Source: Mangrovicoccus sp.
GTDB lineage: Bacteria > Pseudomonadota > Alphaproteobacteria > Rhodobacterales > Rhodobacteraceae
NCBI GenBank assembly: GCA_025800345.1
Contig: JAOXSB010000073.1
Coordinates: 21,467 to 85,466, forward strand
DNA length: 64,000 nucleotides
Reading direction: 5' to 3'
Made by a program: the position numbers and the translations under genes. Positions 27,511 to 37,784 of this stretch are shown piece after piece; the stretch's first letter is position 1, and each line of letters opens with the position of its first letter. Below the pieces are notes generated by a model. It did no database searches. It was not told the origin of the DNA and saw only the letters and a program-made list of their open reading frames with translations.

Positions 27511-29229
27511 TTACTCAGCCGCATGCCCAGGCCCATCGCAACAGCCCCCGCCATAGAATTTATCGCGCGACATTTTCCCGATGCCGGGATTGAGACTATT
27601 GGTGGGATCACAGGCCCGGTAATGCGCTGCCAAATCCGGCTTGGCCGCATAAAGATGGCCCACATTATGTTCCGCCGGATATTCCGCCCCGCGCGCATCC
27701 AGCAGCGCCAGCATCTGCGCCTTCAGCGCGGCGGGATCTGCGCCTTTCTTCACGATATAATCTTGGTGCAGCACATGGCAGAAGAAATGGCCGTAATAGA
27801 GCTTGGCCACGAGCTGCTCTTCGATCTCGGGGGGCAAGACCTCTAACCAATCGCGATCATTGCGCCGCAAGGCGATATCCAGCGCTAAGATGTCTTCGAC
27901 CTCATCCGCATGAACCGCGCCATAGCGAATGGCCGCCCCGGCGGCTGCGAAACGGTGCAGCCCGGCGATTTTTGCCTCGCGCGGGGTGCATTCGAAATAA
28001 TCGCCATCCCGGGCCGCGAAAAACTCCGGCAGAAAACCCCGCGCCTCGGCAATGCCCTCGTCATGCATTTTCAAGATCAGATGATGGCGAAACTGAGCCC
28101 GAAAGCCCGTCATGCGTTTGGGCAGCAAATTGGGATAAACCCGCATCGCCAATTGCATGAACCGGTCCGTGGCGTGGCGCAGCCCGGGGATCTTATTCAA
28201 CCGTGCATCCACCGCGCCTTTGAGCGCAAAAATCCCCGGCAAACGGTCAGTGCCGAGCTTGTCGATCATCGCCACTGTGTCTTTGCCGTAGCGCTCCGCA
28301 ATATCAAAGCATTCCGCCTCAAGATATTCAGCACTCACCGGCAGGCTTTCAAACTCGGTCAGGATATGGCGGCGCAAATCAGTCAGCACGCCGGGATCAT
28401 TGGTGCCGATATAAAAGACCTGTTCCGCCTGATTGAGCGGATAACTGTCCAGGCGCACCGCAAACACCGCCAGCTTCCCAGCACAGCCCGCGGATTCAAA
28501 AAGGCGCGATTTATCCGCATTGAACCGCGCTGGTGTGGCCGCATCCACATCGCACACGCGGGTCACATAATCCGTGTCAGAGGCTTTGAAATTGCTGGTC
28601 TCGATATCCTCAGGGCCATATTCCCCCGCCTCTAGCCGGGTCAGGATCTCTTCGGGCGTTTCCCCAAGGCGAATGCCCAGATGATTGACCAGTTCCAGCG
28701 TACCGCTGGCGGTGATCTGCGCGTAAAGGGAAAGTTCTGTATAGCTGGGGCCGCGTTCGATCAGCGATCCCCCGGAATTGTTGCACACCCCGCCGATGAT
28801 CGAGGCCCCGATACAAGACGAGCCGATCACCGAATGCGGTTGACGCCCCAGCGGGGCCAGCAGCTTTTCCAGAGCAAAAAGCGTCGCGCCGGGAAAGCCG
28901 ATCACCTGCTTGCCCCCTTGCAAGGGCTGGATCGCATCCATGCGGTTGGTGTTGATCAGCACCACATCGCGATCATAGCGCCCTTTCGGGGTCGAGCCTT
29001 CGGTCAGCCCCGTATTGGCCGCTTGCAAAATGATGATCTTATCGGCGGCAACACAGGCTTGGAGCACCTGCCATTGTTCCAACAAACTGCCCGGGCGGAC
29101 CACCGCCAGAGCCTCGCCTTCGCCAGAGCGAAAGCCTTTGCGAAACCGCTCGGTCTCGCGCGCGCCCGTCAACACATGGCCAGACCCGACAATAGATTGT
29201 AACGCTGCAATCAACTCTCGGTCTGTCAT
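27511..29229 (-). CDS. dld: FAD-dependent D-lactate dehydrogenase (quinone), Dld type
   Basis: 572 aa. The N-terminus (RFRKGFRSGEGEALAVVRPGSLLEQWQVLQACVAADKIIILQAANTGLTEGSTP) closely parallels E. coli Dld. Confidence 0.85.
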   Translation of the reverse strand: MTDRELIAALQSIVGSGHVLTGARETERFRKGFRSGEGEALAVVRPGSLLEQWQVLQACVAADKIIILQAANTGLTEGSTPKGRYDRDVVLINTNRMDAIQPLQGGKQVIGFPGATLFALEKLLAPLGRQPHSVIGSSCIGASIIGGVCNNSGGSLIERGPSYTELSLYAQITASGTLELVNHLGIRLGETPEEILTRLEAGEYGPEDIETSNFKASDTDYVTRVCDVDAATPARFNADKSRLFESAGCAGKLAVFAVRLDSYPLNQAEQVFYIGTNDPGVLTDLRRHILTEFESLPVSAEYLEAECFDIAERYGKDTVAMIDKLGTDRLPGIFALKGAVDARLNKIPGLRHATDRFMQLAMRVYPNLLPKRMTGFRAQFRHHLILKMHDEGIAEARGFLPEFFAARDGDYFECTPREAKIAGLHRFAAAGAAIRYGAVHADEVEDILALDIALRRNDRDWLEVLPPEIEEQLVAKLYYGHFFCHVLHQDYIVKKGADPAALKAQMLALLDARGAEYPAEHNVGHLYAAKPDLAAHYRACDPTNSLNPGIGKMSRDKFYGGGCCDGPGHAAE

Positions 29230-29253
29230 ATGGGGCGCCCTCCCTGCGCCGTC

Positions 29254-30615
29254 TTAATAGGCCACCGATGGCAGCCAGGTGGCGATCTCGGGCCAGATAA
29301 AGACCAGCGCCAAAGCGAAAAGCTGGATCAGGATAAAGGGCACCACACCGCGATAGATGTCGGTGACCTTAATCTCGGGCGGGGCCACACCTTTGATATA
29401 GAACAGCGCAAAGCCTACTGGCGGGGTCAGGAACGAGGTTTGCAAACACATGGCAAAGAGAATGGTGAACCAGACCAGATCAAAGCCCAGTTGCTGCACC
29501 ACCGGGGCCACAAGCGGCAGAATGATCAAGGTGATCTCGACCCAATCCAGGAAAAACCCCAGAAGGAAGACCCCGCCTAGGATAGCAATCACAATCCCCG
29601 CCGGGCCAAAGGGCAGACCAAGAAGCAGCTCTTCGATCACCTCGTCGCCGCCCAAGCCCCGCAGCACCACCGAAAAGGCCGTGGCCCCAAGGAAGATGGC
29701 AAAGATAAAGGCCGCGGTGCGGGTGGTGGAATAAAGCGACTCGCTGAGCACCGGCAAAGACAGCCGCCCAGAGGCCGCCGCCAACAACATCGCGCCCAAT
29801 GCGCCCACGCCCGAGGCCTCGGTCGGCGTGGCCAGACCAGCAAAGATCGAGCCCAACACCCCCAGGATCAGCGCGGCGGTGGGGATCACCGCAAGCACCA
29901 CATCAAACACCACTTTGCCATCGATCTTGGGCAGATCCTTAGGCACCGGGGCGACCGAAGGCTGCAATGCCGGGCGGGCCAGCGCATAGATCACATAAAG
30001 CGCCCCAAGCATCAGACCGGGGAAAAACGCGCCCATGAACAGATCGCCCACCGAGGCTTCGGGCACCGCCAAACGGTCAGCCATCAGCACCAGCATGATC
30101 GATGGCGGGATCAAAATCCCCAATGTCCCCGTGGCGCAAGCCGTGCCGACGGCAAAGCCCTTGTCGTAATTATGCTCCATCATCACTGGCAGCGAGAGCA
30201 TGCCCAGCAGCACCACAGAGGCCCCGATGATCCCGGTGGTCGCCGCCAGCAACACGCCGATGATGATCACCGTCACCGCATAGCCGCCGCGCACCGCGCC
30301 AAAGAGCTTGACCATATTGTTCATGAGCCGCTCGGCCACGCCGGATTGATCCAGCATGATGCCCATAAAGATGAACATGGGCAGCGCCACCAGGGTTTCG
30401 CTTTCCACCAAGCTCCAAACCCGCTCGGGCACCAGCGCCAGCGAGGATGGGTAATCAAACCAAAGATCAGCGCCGAAATTTTCCACCGCGACCACACCGA
30501 TCACGGTCCAGATCACAGCGGTGCCGCCCAAAACCCAGGCCACGGGAAAACCGGTCATCAACAGCATCCCGAAAGTGCCGAACAAACCGATGACAAAAAT
30601 CTGTTCCGTGGACAT
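29254..30615 (-). CDS. TRAP transporter large permease subunit
   Basis: 453-aa polytopic membrane protein of DctM-like type, adjacent to the small permease and SBP genes. Confidence 0.85.
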   Translation of the reverse strand: MSTEQIFVIGLFGTFGMLLMTGFPVAWVLGGTAVIWTVIGVVAVENFGADLWFDYPSSLALVPERVWSLVESETLVALPMFIFMGIMLDQSGVAERLMNNMVKLFGAVRGGYAVTVIIIGVLLAATTGIIGASVVLLGMLSLPVMMEHNYDKGFAVGTACATGTLGILIPPSIMLVLMADRLAVPEASVGDLFMGAFFPGLMLGALYVIYALARPALQPSVAPVPKDLPKIDGKVVFDVVLAVIPTAALILGVLGSIFAGLATPTEASGVGALGAMLLAAASGRLSLPVLSESLYSTTRTAAFIFAIFLGATAFSVVLRGLGGDEVIEELLLGLPFGPAGIVIAILGGVFLLGFFLDWVEITLIILPLVAPVVQQLGFDLVWFTILFAMCLQTSFLTPPVGFALFYIKGVAPPEIKVTDIYRGVVPFILIQLFALALVFIWPEIATWLPSVAY

Positions 30616-31241
30616 TAGGCGGCTTCCTTGGACTCGGAGGTTTTCACAGGGGTTGGCAGCCCAAATAACAGGGCGGTGACGCGCAACAGGCGCGACAGCG
30701 CCGCCAGGATCAGCAGCGCAAAGGACAGCGCTACAATGCCTTTCAAGATCCAGCGATGATCAAGCCCCGCCGGGGCTTGGCTGCGCTCGCCTTGGGTAAA
30801 TGAGGCATAAGCATAAGGCATCGCCTCATAGAGCGCGGCGCCCAGGAAAGGCAGCAACAGCAATGTGATCCCGAAAAATTCGACCCAGCCTTGGGTTTTC
30901 AGGCTCATGCGCTCATGCAGCACATCCACGCGCACATGATCATCCGCGGTCAACGCATAAGACAGGCCCAGCAGCCAGGCCCCGCCCGCAATATGCCATT
31001 GCCATTCTTCCAAGGTCACAGAGCCCTGACCGAAAGCGTAGCGTCCCACCACCGCATAGATGATCACACCCACCACCGCGAGCCAGGCCCAGGACACCAA
31101 TTTGCCGAACCAGACGAACCCGGCATCGATCCGCTGGCTCAGCGCGGTTTGCGGCAATTGGGTATGGTGATGCAGCAACTCGTCAGCATCCGCGATATGC
31201 ATCTGTTCGCGTTCGCCGGTCTTGAACTCTGACTCCTGCAT
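30615..31241 (-). CDS. TRAP transporter small permease subunit
   Basis: Four hydrophobic segments, overlapping the large-subunit start. ATG 31241 (AAGGGG RBS) is preferred to the TTG at 31292. Confidence 0.7.
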   Translation of the reverse strand: MQESEFKTGEREQMHIADADELLHHHTQLPQTALSQRIDAGFVWFGKLVSWAWLAVVGVIIYAVVGRYAFGQGSVTLEEWQWHIAGGAWLLGLSYALTADDHVRVDVLHERMSLKTQGWVEFFGITLLLLPFLGAALYEAMPYAYASFTQGERSQAPAGLDHRWILKGIVALSFALLILAALSRLLRVTALLFGLPTPVKTSESKEAA

Positions 31242-31349
31242 AGGCCACCCCTTATCGCTGAAAAGGCTTGGCGTGCGCCACGCTTGCGCCAAGAAACCCT
31301 ATGGCCACCCGATCACGCGGGCAGCCATAGGCCGTCATATGAACGCGGT

Positions 31350-32411
31350 TTATTCCGCGTCGAGATTGGCCGGCAGATAGGCCCGCTCATCCCAGATGGC
31401 GTAGTTTTTCTGGAATGCCTGCTGGCTTTCATAGATCCGCGCGAAATCAGCGTCATTGGCCGCTTCTTCCGCCAGAACCTCTTCGGTCAGGGTTTTCAGC
31501 TGGCGCAGGATCTCCACCGGGATCTGATCCGCATTCACGCCGCCCTCTTGGAAGCCTGCGAGCACTTCACCGTTTTTATACTCGCCTTCCGCCAGACCGC
31601 GGGTCACTGCCGCCGTGCAAGTGGCTTCGACCAGCATTTTCTGCGCGTCGCTTGCCTTGGCCCATTCATCCTTGTTGATCAGCATATACTGCGCCGTGAA
31701 GGGCTGATGCCAACCGGGGAAGAGATTGTATTTCACAATCTGGTTGAAGCCGAGGATCTGATCGATTGCCGGCATGGAGAATTCGGTGGCGTCGATCGTG
31801 CCTTTTTCCAGGGCTTGGAACAGCTCGCCGCCGGGCATCATGGTGACGCTAGCGCCCAAACGCTCCATCACCTTACCGCCCAGACCGGCAAAGCGGATCT
31901 TCATGCCTTGGTAATCTTCCAAGTTCTCGATGGGCTCTTTGAACCAACCCGCGGTTTCCGGTCCAATGATCCCGCAAAGCTGCGCATGCACATTAAAGCC
32001 TTTGGCGTCATAGACCTCTTGCAGCATGTCATGGCCGCCGCCGTAGTAATACCAGCCCGTATAGGCCCAGGGCTTAAGCCCAAAGGGCACCGCCGCAAAG
32101 AGCGGCAGCGCAGGCACTTTACCCTGGTCATAGCCGATCCAAGTATAGCCTGCCTGCACTTTGCCATCGCTGACCGATTGCAGGATATCGAACGGCGGTA
32201 CCAATTTGCCCGGCTCGTAGATTTTCACTTTGAAACTGCCATCGGACGCGGTGTTCAGCGTGTCGGCCACCCAAGGCGCAGGCGAGCCAAGGCCTGGCAG
32301 ATTGGATGCAAAGGCAATGGGCATCTTCCATTTCAGATCGTCGGCCATTGCGGGAATGGCAGCAGTGACAGCAGCCGCCGCAACCGCGAGACCGGTGAGA
32401 ATGGTTTTCAT
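31350..32411 (-). CDS. TRAP transporter substrate-binding protein
   Basis: Signal peptide MKTILTGLAVAAAAVTAAIPAMA. GGAGGAATACA lies before ATG 32411. DctP-superfamily context. Confidence 0.8.
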   Translation of the reverse strand: MKTILTGLAVAAAAVTAAIPAMADDLKWKMPIAFASNLPGLGSPAPWVADTLNTASDGSFKVKIYEPGKLVPPFDILQSVSDGKVQAGYTWIGYDQGKVPALPLFAAVPFGLKPWAYTGWYYYGGGHDMLQEVYDAKGFNVHAQLCGIIGPETAGWFKEPIENLEDYQGMKIRFAGLGGKVMERLGASVTMMPGGELFQALEKGTIDATEFSMPAIDQILGFNQIVKYNLFPGWHQPFTAQYMLINKDEWAKASDAQKMLVEATCTAAVTRGLAEGEYKNGEVLAGFQEGGVNADQIPVEILRQLKTLTEEVLAEEAANDADFARIYESQQAFQKNYAIWDERAYLPANLDAE

Positions 32412-32733
32412 TGTATTCCTCCAAAGCGGGCTCTTGTGAGCCACAAAAAACGGCACTCACCTCCGGCAGTGGTTCAATTAAATTACCACCATTTGCACAG
32501 CCTCCCCCTTGCCCGAATGAGCCAGCCATCCCAGGCAAGCCCGCCATGCAACGCAAGCAAGCTTGATAGCACCATACACAGAAGATTCCTCAAATAAAGC
32601 CTCATGCGAGAGAAAATCGCCGCGGGCCAAAGGCACATTTCACACGGCTGATTTACAGTCCGCCCCACCTGCGCCGCAGCGTTCTGGCACATTTTATTGA
32701 CCATCTTTGATCTGCGCCCCTATTCTGGGCTCT

Positions 32734-33516
32734 ATGGCGGATACACTTTCCTTATTTGACCCGATCGACCATGTGAGCGTCGCCGATGCGGTGGTGCATC
32801 AGATCGAAAGCATGCTGGTGGCCGGTGTGCTCAAGCAAGGCGAACGCCTGCCCTCGGAACGCGATCTGGCCGAAGCGCTTGATGTCTCGCGCCCGAAAAT
32901 ACGCGAAGCACTGAAAACCCTTGAAACCCGCCAATTGGTCGAAGTGCGCCATGGCGAAGGCAGTTTCATCGCCCGGCTTACGGGCAGCGCTATGTCTCCG
33001 GCCTTGATGGAGCTTTACGCCCGTCACAGCCATGCGTTTTTTGACTATCTCGAATATCGCCGCGCCCAAGAAGCCTTTGCCGCGGAATTGGCGGCGCAGC
33101 GAGCCACGGCCTCGGATCATCGACGGATCTCGGCCAGCATCTCCCGGCTGCAAAAAGCCTGGGAGAACGGGGATGACCTTGCCGCGCGCGAGGCCGATGT
33201 CACCTTTCACAGCGCCATTGTCGATGCCAGCCACAACGCCACGCTGATCCATATGATGGGATCGATCTATGAACTGACGCAAAAGGGGCTGTTTTATAAC
33301 CGGCGCTATCTGCGGGCCATTGATGGTTCAGGATTGGCATTGCTGGAACAGCATAAAGCCATCGGGGCTGCGATTCTCGACGGGCATCCCGACGCCGCAC
33401 GGCAAGCGGCTCTGGACCATCTGGATTTTGTCGCGGCCTCCATGCGCAAAGGCGTGGAAGACACCCAACGCGAAACCATGGCGCGCAAACGCCTGGGCAG
33501 CCCAGAAAGCGGGTAA
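32734..33516 (+). CDS. GntR family transcriptional regulator with FCD (FadR C-terminal) domain, PdhR/LldR-like
   Basis: N-terminal winged HTH (LPSERDLAEALDVSRPKIREALKTLE) and FCD-type C-terminus. Divergent from the TRAP operon. Confidence 0.85.
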   Translation: MADTLSLFDPIDHVSVADAVVHQIESMLVAGVLKQGERLPSERDLAEALDVSRPKIREALKTLETRQLVEVRHGEGSFIARLTGSAMSPALMELYARHSHAFFDYLEYRRAQEAFAAELAAQRATASDHRRISASISRLQKAWENGDDLAAREADVTFHSAIVDASHNATLIHMMGSIYELTQKGLFYNRRYLRAIDGSGLALLEQHKAIGAAILDGHPDAARQAALDHLDFVAASMRKGVEDTQRETMARKRLGSPESG

Positions 33517-33581
33517 TTGTCACTCTGGCCCCTAGGGCAACTGAGCGTTAGGAAGGGCTGAAACCCTTTGGGAGACTGCCT

Positions 33582-34094
33582 ATGCCAATCCGCCGTCTGA
33601 TCCTTTTGCGCCATGCGAAATCTGCTTGGGATCATCCCGAGCTAGAGGATCACGACCGCCCGCTGAATGAACGCGGCGTGCGTTCGGCCAAAGCCATTGG
33701 CGGATGGCTCATGGCGCAAGACTATCTGCCCGATCAGGTGCTGTGTTCTACTGCGGTGCGCACCCGGCAAACCTGGGATCTTCTCGGGCCAGAACTTGCC
33801 CAACCATCCGCGCCAATCAGCTATCGCAAAACCCTCTATCACGCCCCGCCAGAGGCGATGCGCGCGGAATTAGATGAGGCCAGCGGCAACACAGTCCTGA
33901 TGATTGGCCATAACCCCGGCATTGCCGCTTTCGCCGCCGAGCTTGCCGAAGCCGCCCCGGCCCACCCCAAATTCACGACATACCCCACCGCGGCCACTTT
34001 GGTGCTTGAATTTGATGTCGAGCATTGGGCCGAAATCCATGCCCGCCAAGGTCGGGTGCTGGGTTTCATCGTGCCCCGCGAATTGACAGATTAA
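33582..34094 (+). CDS. Histidine phosphatase family protein (SixA-like)
   Basis: LLRHAKSAW catalytic RHA/G motif and a later GHNP motif. Confidence 0.75.
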   Translation: MPIRRLILLRHAKSAWDHPELEDHDRPLNERGVRSAKAIGGWLMAQDYLPDQVLCSTAVRTRQTWDLLGPELAQPSAPISYRKTLYHAPPEAMRAELDEASGNTVLMIGHNPGIAAFAAELAEAAPAHPKFTTYPTAATLVLEFDVEHWAEIHARQGRVLGFIVPRELTD

Positions 34095-34193
34095 CATTCA
34101 TCACAGGTAATAAACGGCTATTGGGAGGCCACCCTGACAAAATAGCAAAAACATGCTATGGTTGCGCCCTTCAACCTAGAAGGAGGGGGCAGA

Positions 34194-34325
34194 ATGTCCG
34201 ATCTACCAAATAGCGAGAAATGCCCAAGCTATCACGCCGATACCAACCCGAACTGCACCGGGCGCTGTCAGCGCGAAAAGGGCCATGACGGCAAGCACAA
34301 GGATCAGCACGGCCACGAATGGTAA
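34194..34325 (+). CDS. Unlisted 43-aa Cys/His-rich small ORF
   Basis: ATG 34194 is preceded by GAAGGAGGGGG. Translation: MSDLPNSEKCPSYHADTNPNCTGRCQREKGHDGKHKDQHGHEW. It falls below the 60-aa cutoff of the ORF track. Confidence 0.4.
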   Translation: MSDLPNSEKCPSYHADTNPNCTGRCQREKGHDGKHKDQHGHEW

Positions 34326-34352
34326 ACCCGCAGCCGCGCCGTAAAGCGCAGT

Positions 34353-35144
34353 TTAATGCCCCAAGATCTGGCTGAGGAACAATTTGGTCCGGTCGCTTTG
34401 CGGGTTCTCAAAGAACTGTTCGGGCTCGTTTTGCTCAACGATTTGGCCCTGATCCATGAAAATCACGCGGTTGGCCACCTGGCGCGCAAAGCCCATCTCA
34501 TGGGTCACGCAAAGCATGGTCATGCCTTCCTCGGCCAGCTCGATCATCGTGTCGAGCACTTCTTTGATCATCTCTGGGTCAAGCGCCGAAGTGGGCTCGT
34601 CAAACAGCATGATCCGCGGCTTCATACAAAGCGAGCGGGCGATGGCCACACGCTGTTGTTGCCCGCCTGAGAGCATGCCCGGATATTTATTGGCCTGATC
34701 AGGGATCTTGACCTTTTCCAGGAAATGCATCGCCGTTTCTTCGGCCTCTTTCTTGGGGATCTTCCGCACCCAGATCGGGGCCAGGGTGCAATTCTCCAAG
34801 ATCGTCAGATGCGGGAACAGGTTGAAATGCTGAAAGCACATGCCAACCTCAGAGCGGATCTTATCAATATTCTTTAGATCCGATGACAGGCGGGTGCCAT
34901 CCACAACAATGCTGCCTTGCTGGTGCTCTTCCAGCGCGTTGATACAGCGGATCAAAGTGGATTTCCCCGACCCAGATGGGCCGCAGATCACGATACGCTC
35001 ACCGCGATAGACCGTGAGATTGATATCGCGCAGCACGTGGAATGCGCCATACCATTTATTCATCCCCTGGATCTCAATCGCCACCTCATCAGAGACGGTC
35101 ATTTGCGACGGGCTGGATACGGTATTGGTGGCCGTGTCGGTCAT
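34353..35144 (-). CDS. aapP: General L-amino acid ABC transporter ATP-binding protein
   Basis: Walker [10 protein letters not shown], signature LSGGQQQR, Walker [14 protein letters not shown] 35144 has a GGAGG RBS. Confidence 0.9.
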   Translation of the reverse strand: MTDTATNTVSSPSQMTVSDEVAIEIQGMNKWYGAFHVLRDINLTVYRGERIVICGPSGSGKSTLIRCINALEEHQQGSIVVDGTRLSSDLKNIDKIRSEVGMCFQHFNLFPHLTILENCTLAPIWVRKIPKKEAEETAMHFLEKVKIPDQANKYPGMLSGGQQQRVAIARSLCMKPRIMLFDEPTSALDPEMIKEVLDTMIELAEEGMTMLCVTHEMGFARQVANRVIFMDQGQIVEQNEPEQFFENPQSDRTKLFLSQILGH

Positions 35145-35154
35145 GGATGCCTCC

Positions 35155-36453
35155 TTAGCGGCGATCGGTGGCGAGCTTGCGCTCGAGATATTGAGAATAC
35201 TGGCTGATGCCGTAGCAGAAGACAAAGAACATCGCGGCAGCGGCGATATAGAGCTCCCAATAGACCCCAAACCAAGCGGTTGAAGACAGGATCGGCCCGC
35301 CAATCATCCCCAGCACATCGAACATGGAAATGATCGACACCAGCGTGGTGTCTTTGAACAGGCTCAGCGCGATATTCACGATGGACGGGATCGAGATCTT
35401 TAGCGCTTGCGGCAGGATAATCAGGCGCATGGATTGCCAATAATCCAACCCGATAGAGGCCCCGGCCTCATATTGGCCTCGCGGCAGGGCCGCCAGGCCG
35501 CCCCGGATCGCTTCGGCCATATACGCAGCAGCAAAGAGCGTGATCATGATGATCACCCGCAAGATCAGATCGAAATTCGAGCCTGGCGGCAGGAAATAAG
35601 CCAGCATCACCGAGGCCACGAATAGCAAGGTGATCAGCGGCACACCGCGGATGAATTCGATAAAGACCACACAGATGGTTTTGATAATCGGCAGATCCGA
35701 TTGCCGCCCCAGCGCAAGGGCAATGCCCAAAGGCAAGGCCAGCGCCATAGAGGAGATGCCCAGGATAAAGTTGATCATAAAGCCGCCGATCTCGCGGCTT
35801 TCCACCTTATCTAGGGAAATATTGGCAATCGCGGAAAGCGCACTATCGAGCGGGCCCACCAGATAGACCCAAAACAGCATGCTGGCGGCAACACCTGCGA
35901 TGATCGCTCCGAAAAAGGACCGGTCCGCGAGCAGCTGATAGACCACAAAGCCCAGCACAACCCCCAGCAGAGCCAGCACCGGCACCCAGATCGACCCGCC
36001 CCAGATCAGCCAATAGGCCAGGAAAGGGAACAACCCAGTGAACCAGAGCATTTTGCGCGGCAATTCGGAAAAGAGCAGCGGTGCCAAAGCCACAAAGAGC
36101 AGCACAAAGGCCAATGTGGCCCGGCCATAATGTTCGGACGGGTAGTTGCCGAACAACAGCTGTGGCCAGCGCTCGCTTAGCACCGCGAAACACCCGCCGC
36201 GCGCGCCATCAAGCTGCTCGCGGCAATCGCGGATCGAGGTGGCGTCCCAGACCCCATTGGCAAACCAGGGGATCACCGCCACCAAAAAGGAATAGATCAG
36301 ATACAGCGCGATCAGCGTCATGATCCCTTGGGGGATCGATGAAAATAGATTGGCGCGCAGCCAATGCACCGGCCCTGCGGCTGTGGCAGGCGGGGCCTGG
36401 GCCGGCAAGGTTTCAGTGCGCACAAAGGCAAGCTGTTCGGGAGTATGAACCAT
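35155..36453 (-). CDS. aapM: Amino acid ABC transporter permease
   Basis: Polytopic membrane protein with the EAA-like motif ([24 protein letters not shown]). Operon context. Confidence 0.8.
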   Translation of the reverse strand: MVHTPEQLAFVRTETLPAQAPPATAAGPVHWLRANLFSSIPQGIMTLIALYLIYSFLVAVIPWFANGVWDATSIRDCREQLDGARGGCFAVLSERWPQLLFGNYPSEHYGRATLAFVLLFVALAPLLFSELPRKMLWFTGLFPFLAYWLIWGGSIWVPVLALLGVVLGFVVYQLLADRSFFGAIIAGVAASMLFWVYLVGPLDSALSAIANISLDKVESREIGGFMINFILGISSMALALPLGIALALGRQSDLPIIKTICVVFIEFIRGVPLITLLFVASVMLAYFLPPGSNFDLILRVIIMITLFAAAYMAEAIRGGLAALPRGQYEAGASIGLDYWQSMRLIILPQALKISIPSIVNIALSLFKDTTLVSIISMFDVLGMIGGPILSSTAWFGVYWELYIAAAAMFFVFCYGISQYSQYLERKLATDRR

Positions 36454-36454
36454 C

Positions 36455-37669
36455 TTAGCGCTCCTTCAGCTTAACCGAATTGTTATAGAGATTCATGATC
36501 CCCGAAATCGCGAGCGAAATCGCCAGATAGAACCCCATGAGCAGCAAGATCGCTTCAAAGCTGCGCCCGGTCTGGTTCAAGGTGATCCCCCCCAGCGTGC
36601 CGGTGATATCCATATAGCCCACCGCAGCGGCCAAAGAGCTGTTCTTGGTCAGGTTCAAATATTGGCTGATATTTGGCGGGATCATCACCCGCAGCGCTTG
36701 CGGCAACACCACCAGGCTCATGATCCGGCCAGGGCGCAACCCAAGAGAGGCCGCCGCTTCGCTTTGGCCTTTGCTCACGGATAAGATCGCGCCGCGCACA
36801 TTTTCCGCAATGAAGGCGCCGGTATAAAGCGACAAGGCCAACCACAGAGCCAGGAAAGAGCCGCGGATTTGCAACCCGCCTTGGAAATTGAACCCTTTCA
36901 GCGCCGGGTAATCCAGGCTGATCGGCTGGCCCATGGCGAAAAACGCCGCAAGCGTGGGCAGGAAAAACAGCGCCAGGCTTAGGGGCAGCACCGGCAGCTC
37001 GCGCCCTTGGCTATATAGCAAATGGCGCGCATAGCGGCGCAGAGCAAAAATCGCGATGATCGAGGCGATAAAGACGCCCACCACGATGCTTGAGCCATCC
37101 AACCAAACCGGCTTGGGCACATAGACCCCGCGATTGGTAAAGGCAAAAGCGTTGAACAACATGCTGGCATCGGGATCATCCCCGCGAAAGGCGCGCGGGC
37201 TGGGCAGCGCATTGGCCATCACGTTGAAAACGATCAAGATCCAGATCAGCACCGGCACATTGCGGAAAATCTCCACATAGATCGACATGATCTTGGCCAC
37301 GAGCCAGTTACTGGACAGGCGCAAAACACCGACCACAACCCCAACAATCGTCGCCAAGATACAGCCCAGAATCGCCACGAGCAGGGTGTTGAGCACGCCG
37401 ACGATGGCCGCGCGCATATGGGTGTTGGTGCTGACAAAAGGGATCAGCTGCTGGTTGATATCATAGCCCGCGGGCTGACCGAGAAAGCCAAAATCAATAT
37501 CCTGGCCCAGAGCCGCCAAATTGGTGATGGCGTTGGATATGAGCCATGTGAACAATGCCACAAGCGCCAAAAGCGCGATCACTTGGAATGTATAGCCGCG
37601 ATACCGAGTATCATTGAGCAGCATGCTTAAACGAAAGCTCTGTGACGGCGGGTCTGTGGCAAGGCTCAT
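36455..37669 (-). CDS. aapQ: Amino acid ABC transporter permease
   Basis: Polytopic membrane protein with the EAA-like motif (AENVRGAILSVSKGQSEAAASLGL). Operon context. Confidence 0.8.
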   Translation of the reverse strand: MSLATDPPSQSFRLSMLLNDTRYRGYTFQVIALLALVALFTWLISNAITNLAALGQDIDFGFLGQPAGYDINQQLIPFVSTNTHMRAAIVGVLNTLLVAILGCILATIVGVVVGVLRLSSNWLVAKIMSIYVEIFRNVPVLIWILIVFNVMANALPSPRAFRGDDPDASMLFNAFAFTNRGVYVPKPVWLDGSSIVVGVFIASIIAIFALRRYARHLLYSQGRELPVLPLSLALFFLPTLAAFFAMGQPISLDYPALKGFNFQGGLQIRGSFLALWLALSLYTGAFIAENVRGAILSVSKGQSEAAASLGLRPGRIMSLVVLPQALRVMIPPNISQYLNLTKNSSLAAAVGYMDITGTLGGITLNQTGRSFEAILLLMGFYLAISLAISGIMNLYNNSVKLKER

Positions 37670-37741
37670 ATAGGGGGGTCCTCTTTCGCGGCAATATCGG
37701 GCGCGGCGCGGGGGAATGCGGATCTATGGCAGCGCGGCCAT

Positions 37742-37772
37742 AGAGAAAGGGGCGCAGCCTTGGCCGCACCCC
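37742..37772 (-). terminator. Hairpin plus T-rich tract between aapJ and aapQ (partial terminator/attenuator)
   Basis: On the minus strand: GGGGTGCGGCC-AA-GGCTGCGCCCC followed by TTTCTCT. Confidence 0.45.
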
Positions 37773-37784
37773 CTCTAGATCAGA

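Noticed and set aside
31284-32597. 437-aa plus-strand ORF antisense to the TRAP substrate-binding gene; likewise 37827-38900 antisense to aapJ
   Set aside because: There is no domain signal. The minus-strand products have signal peptides and family features.
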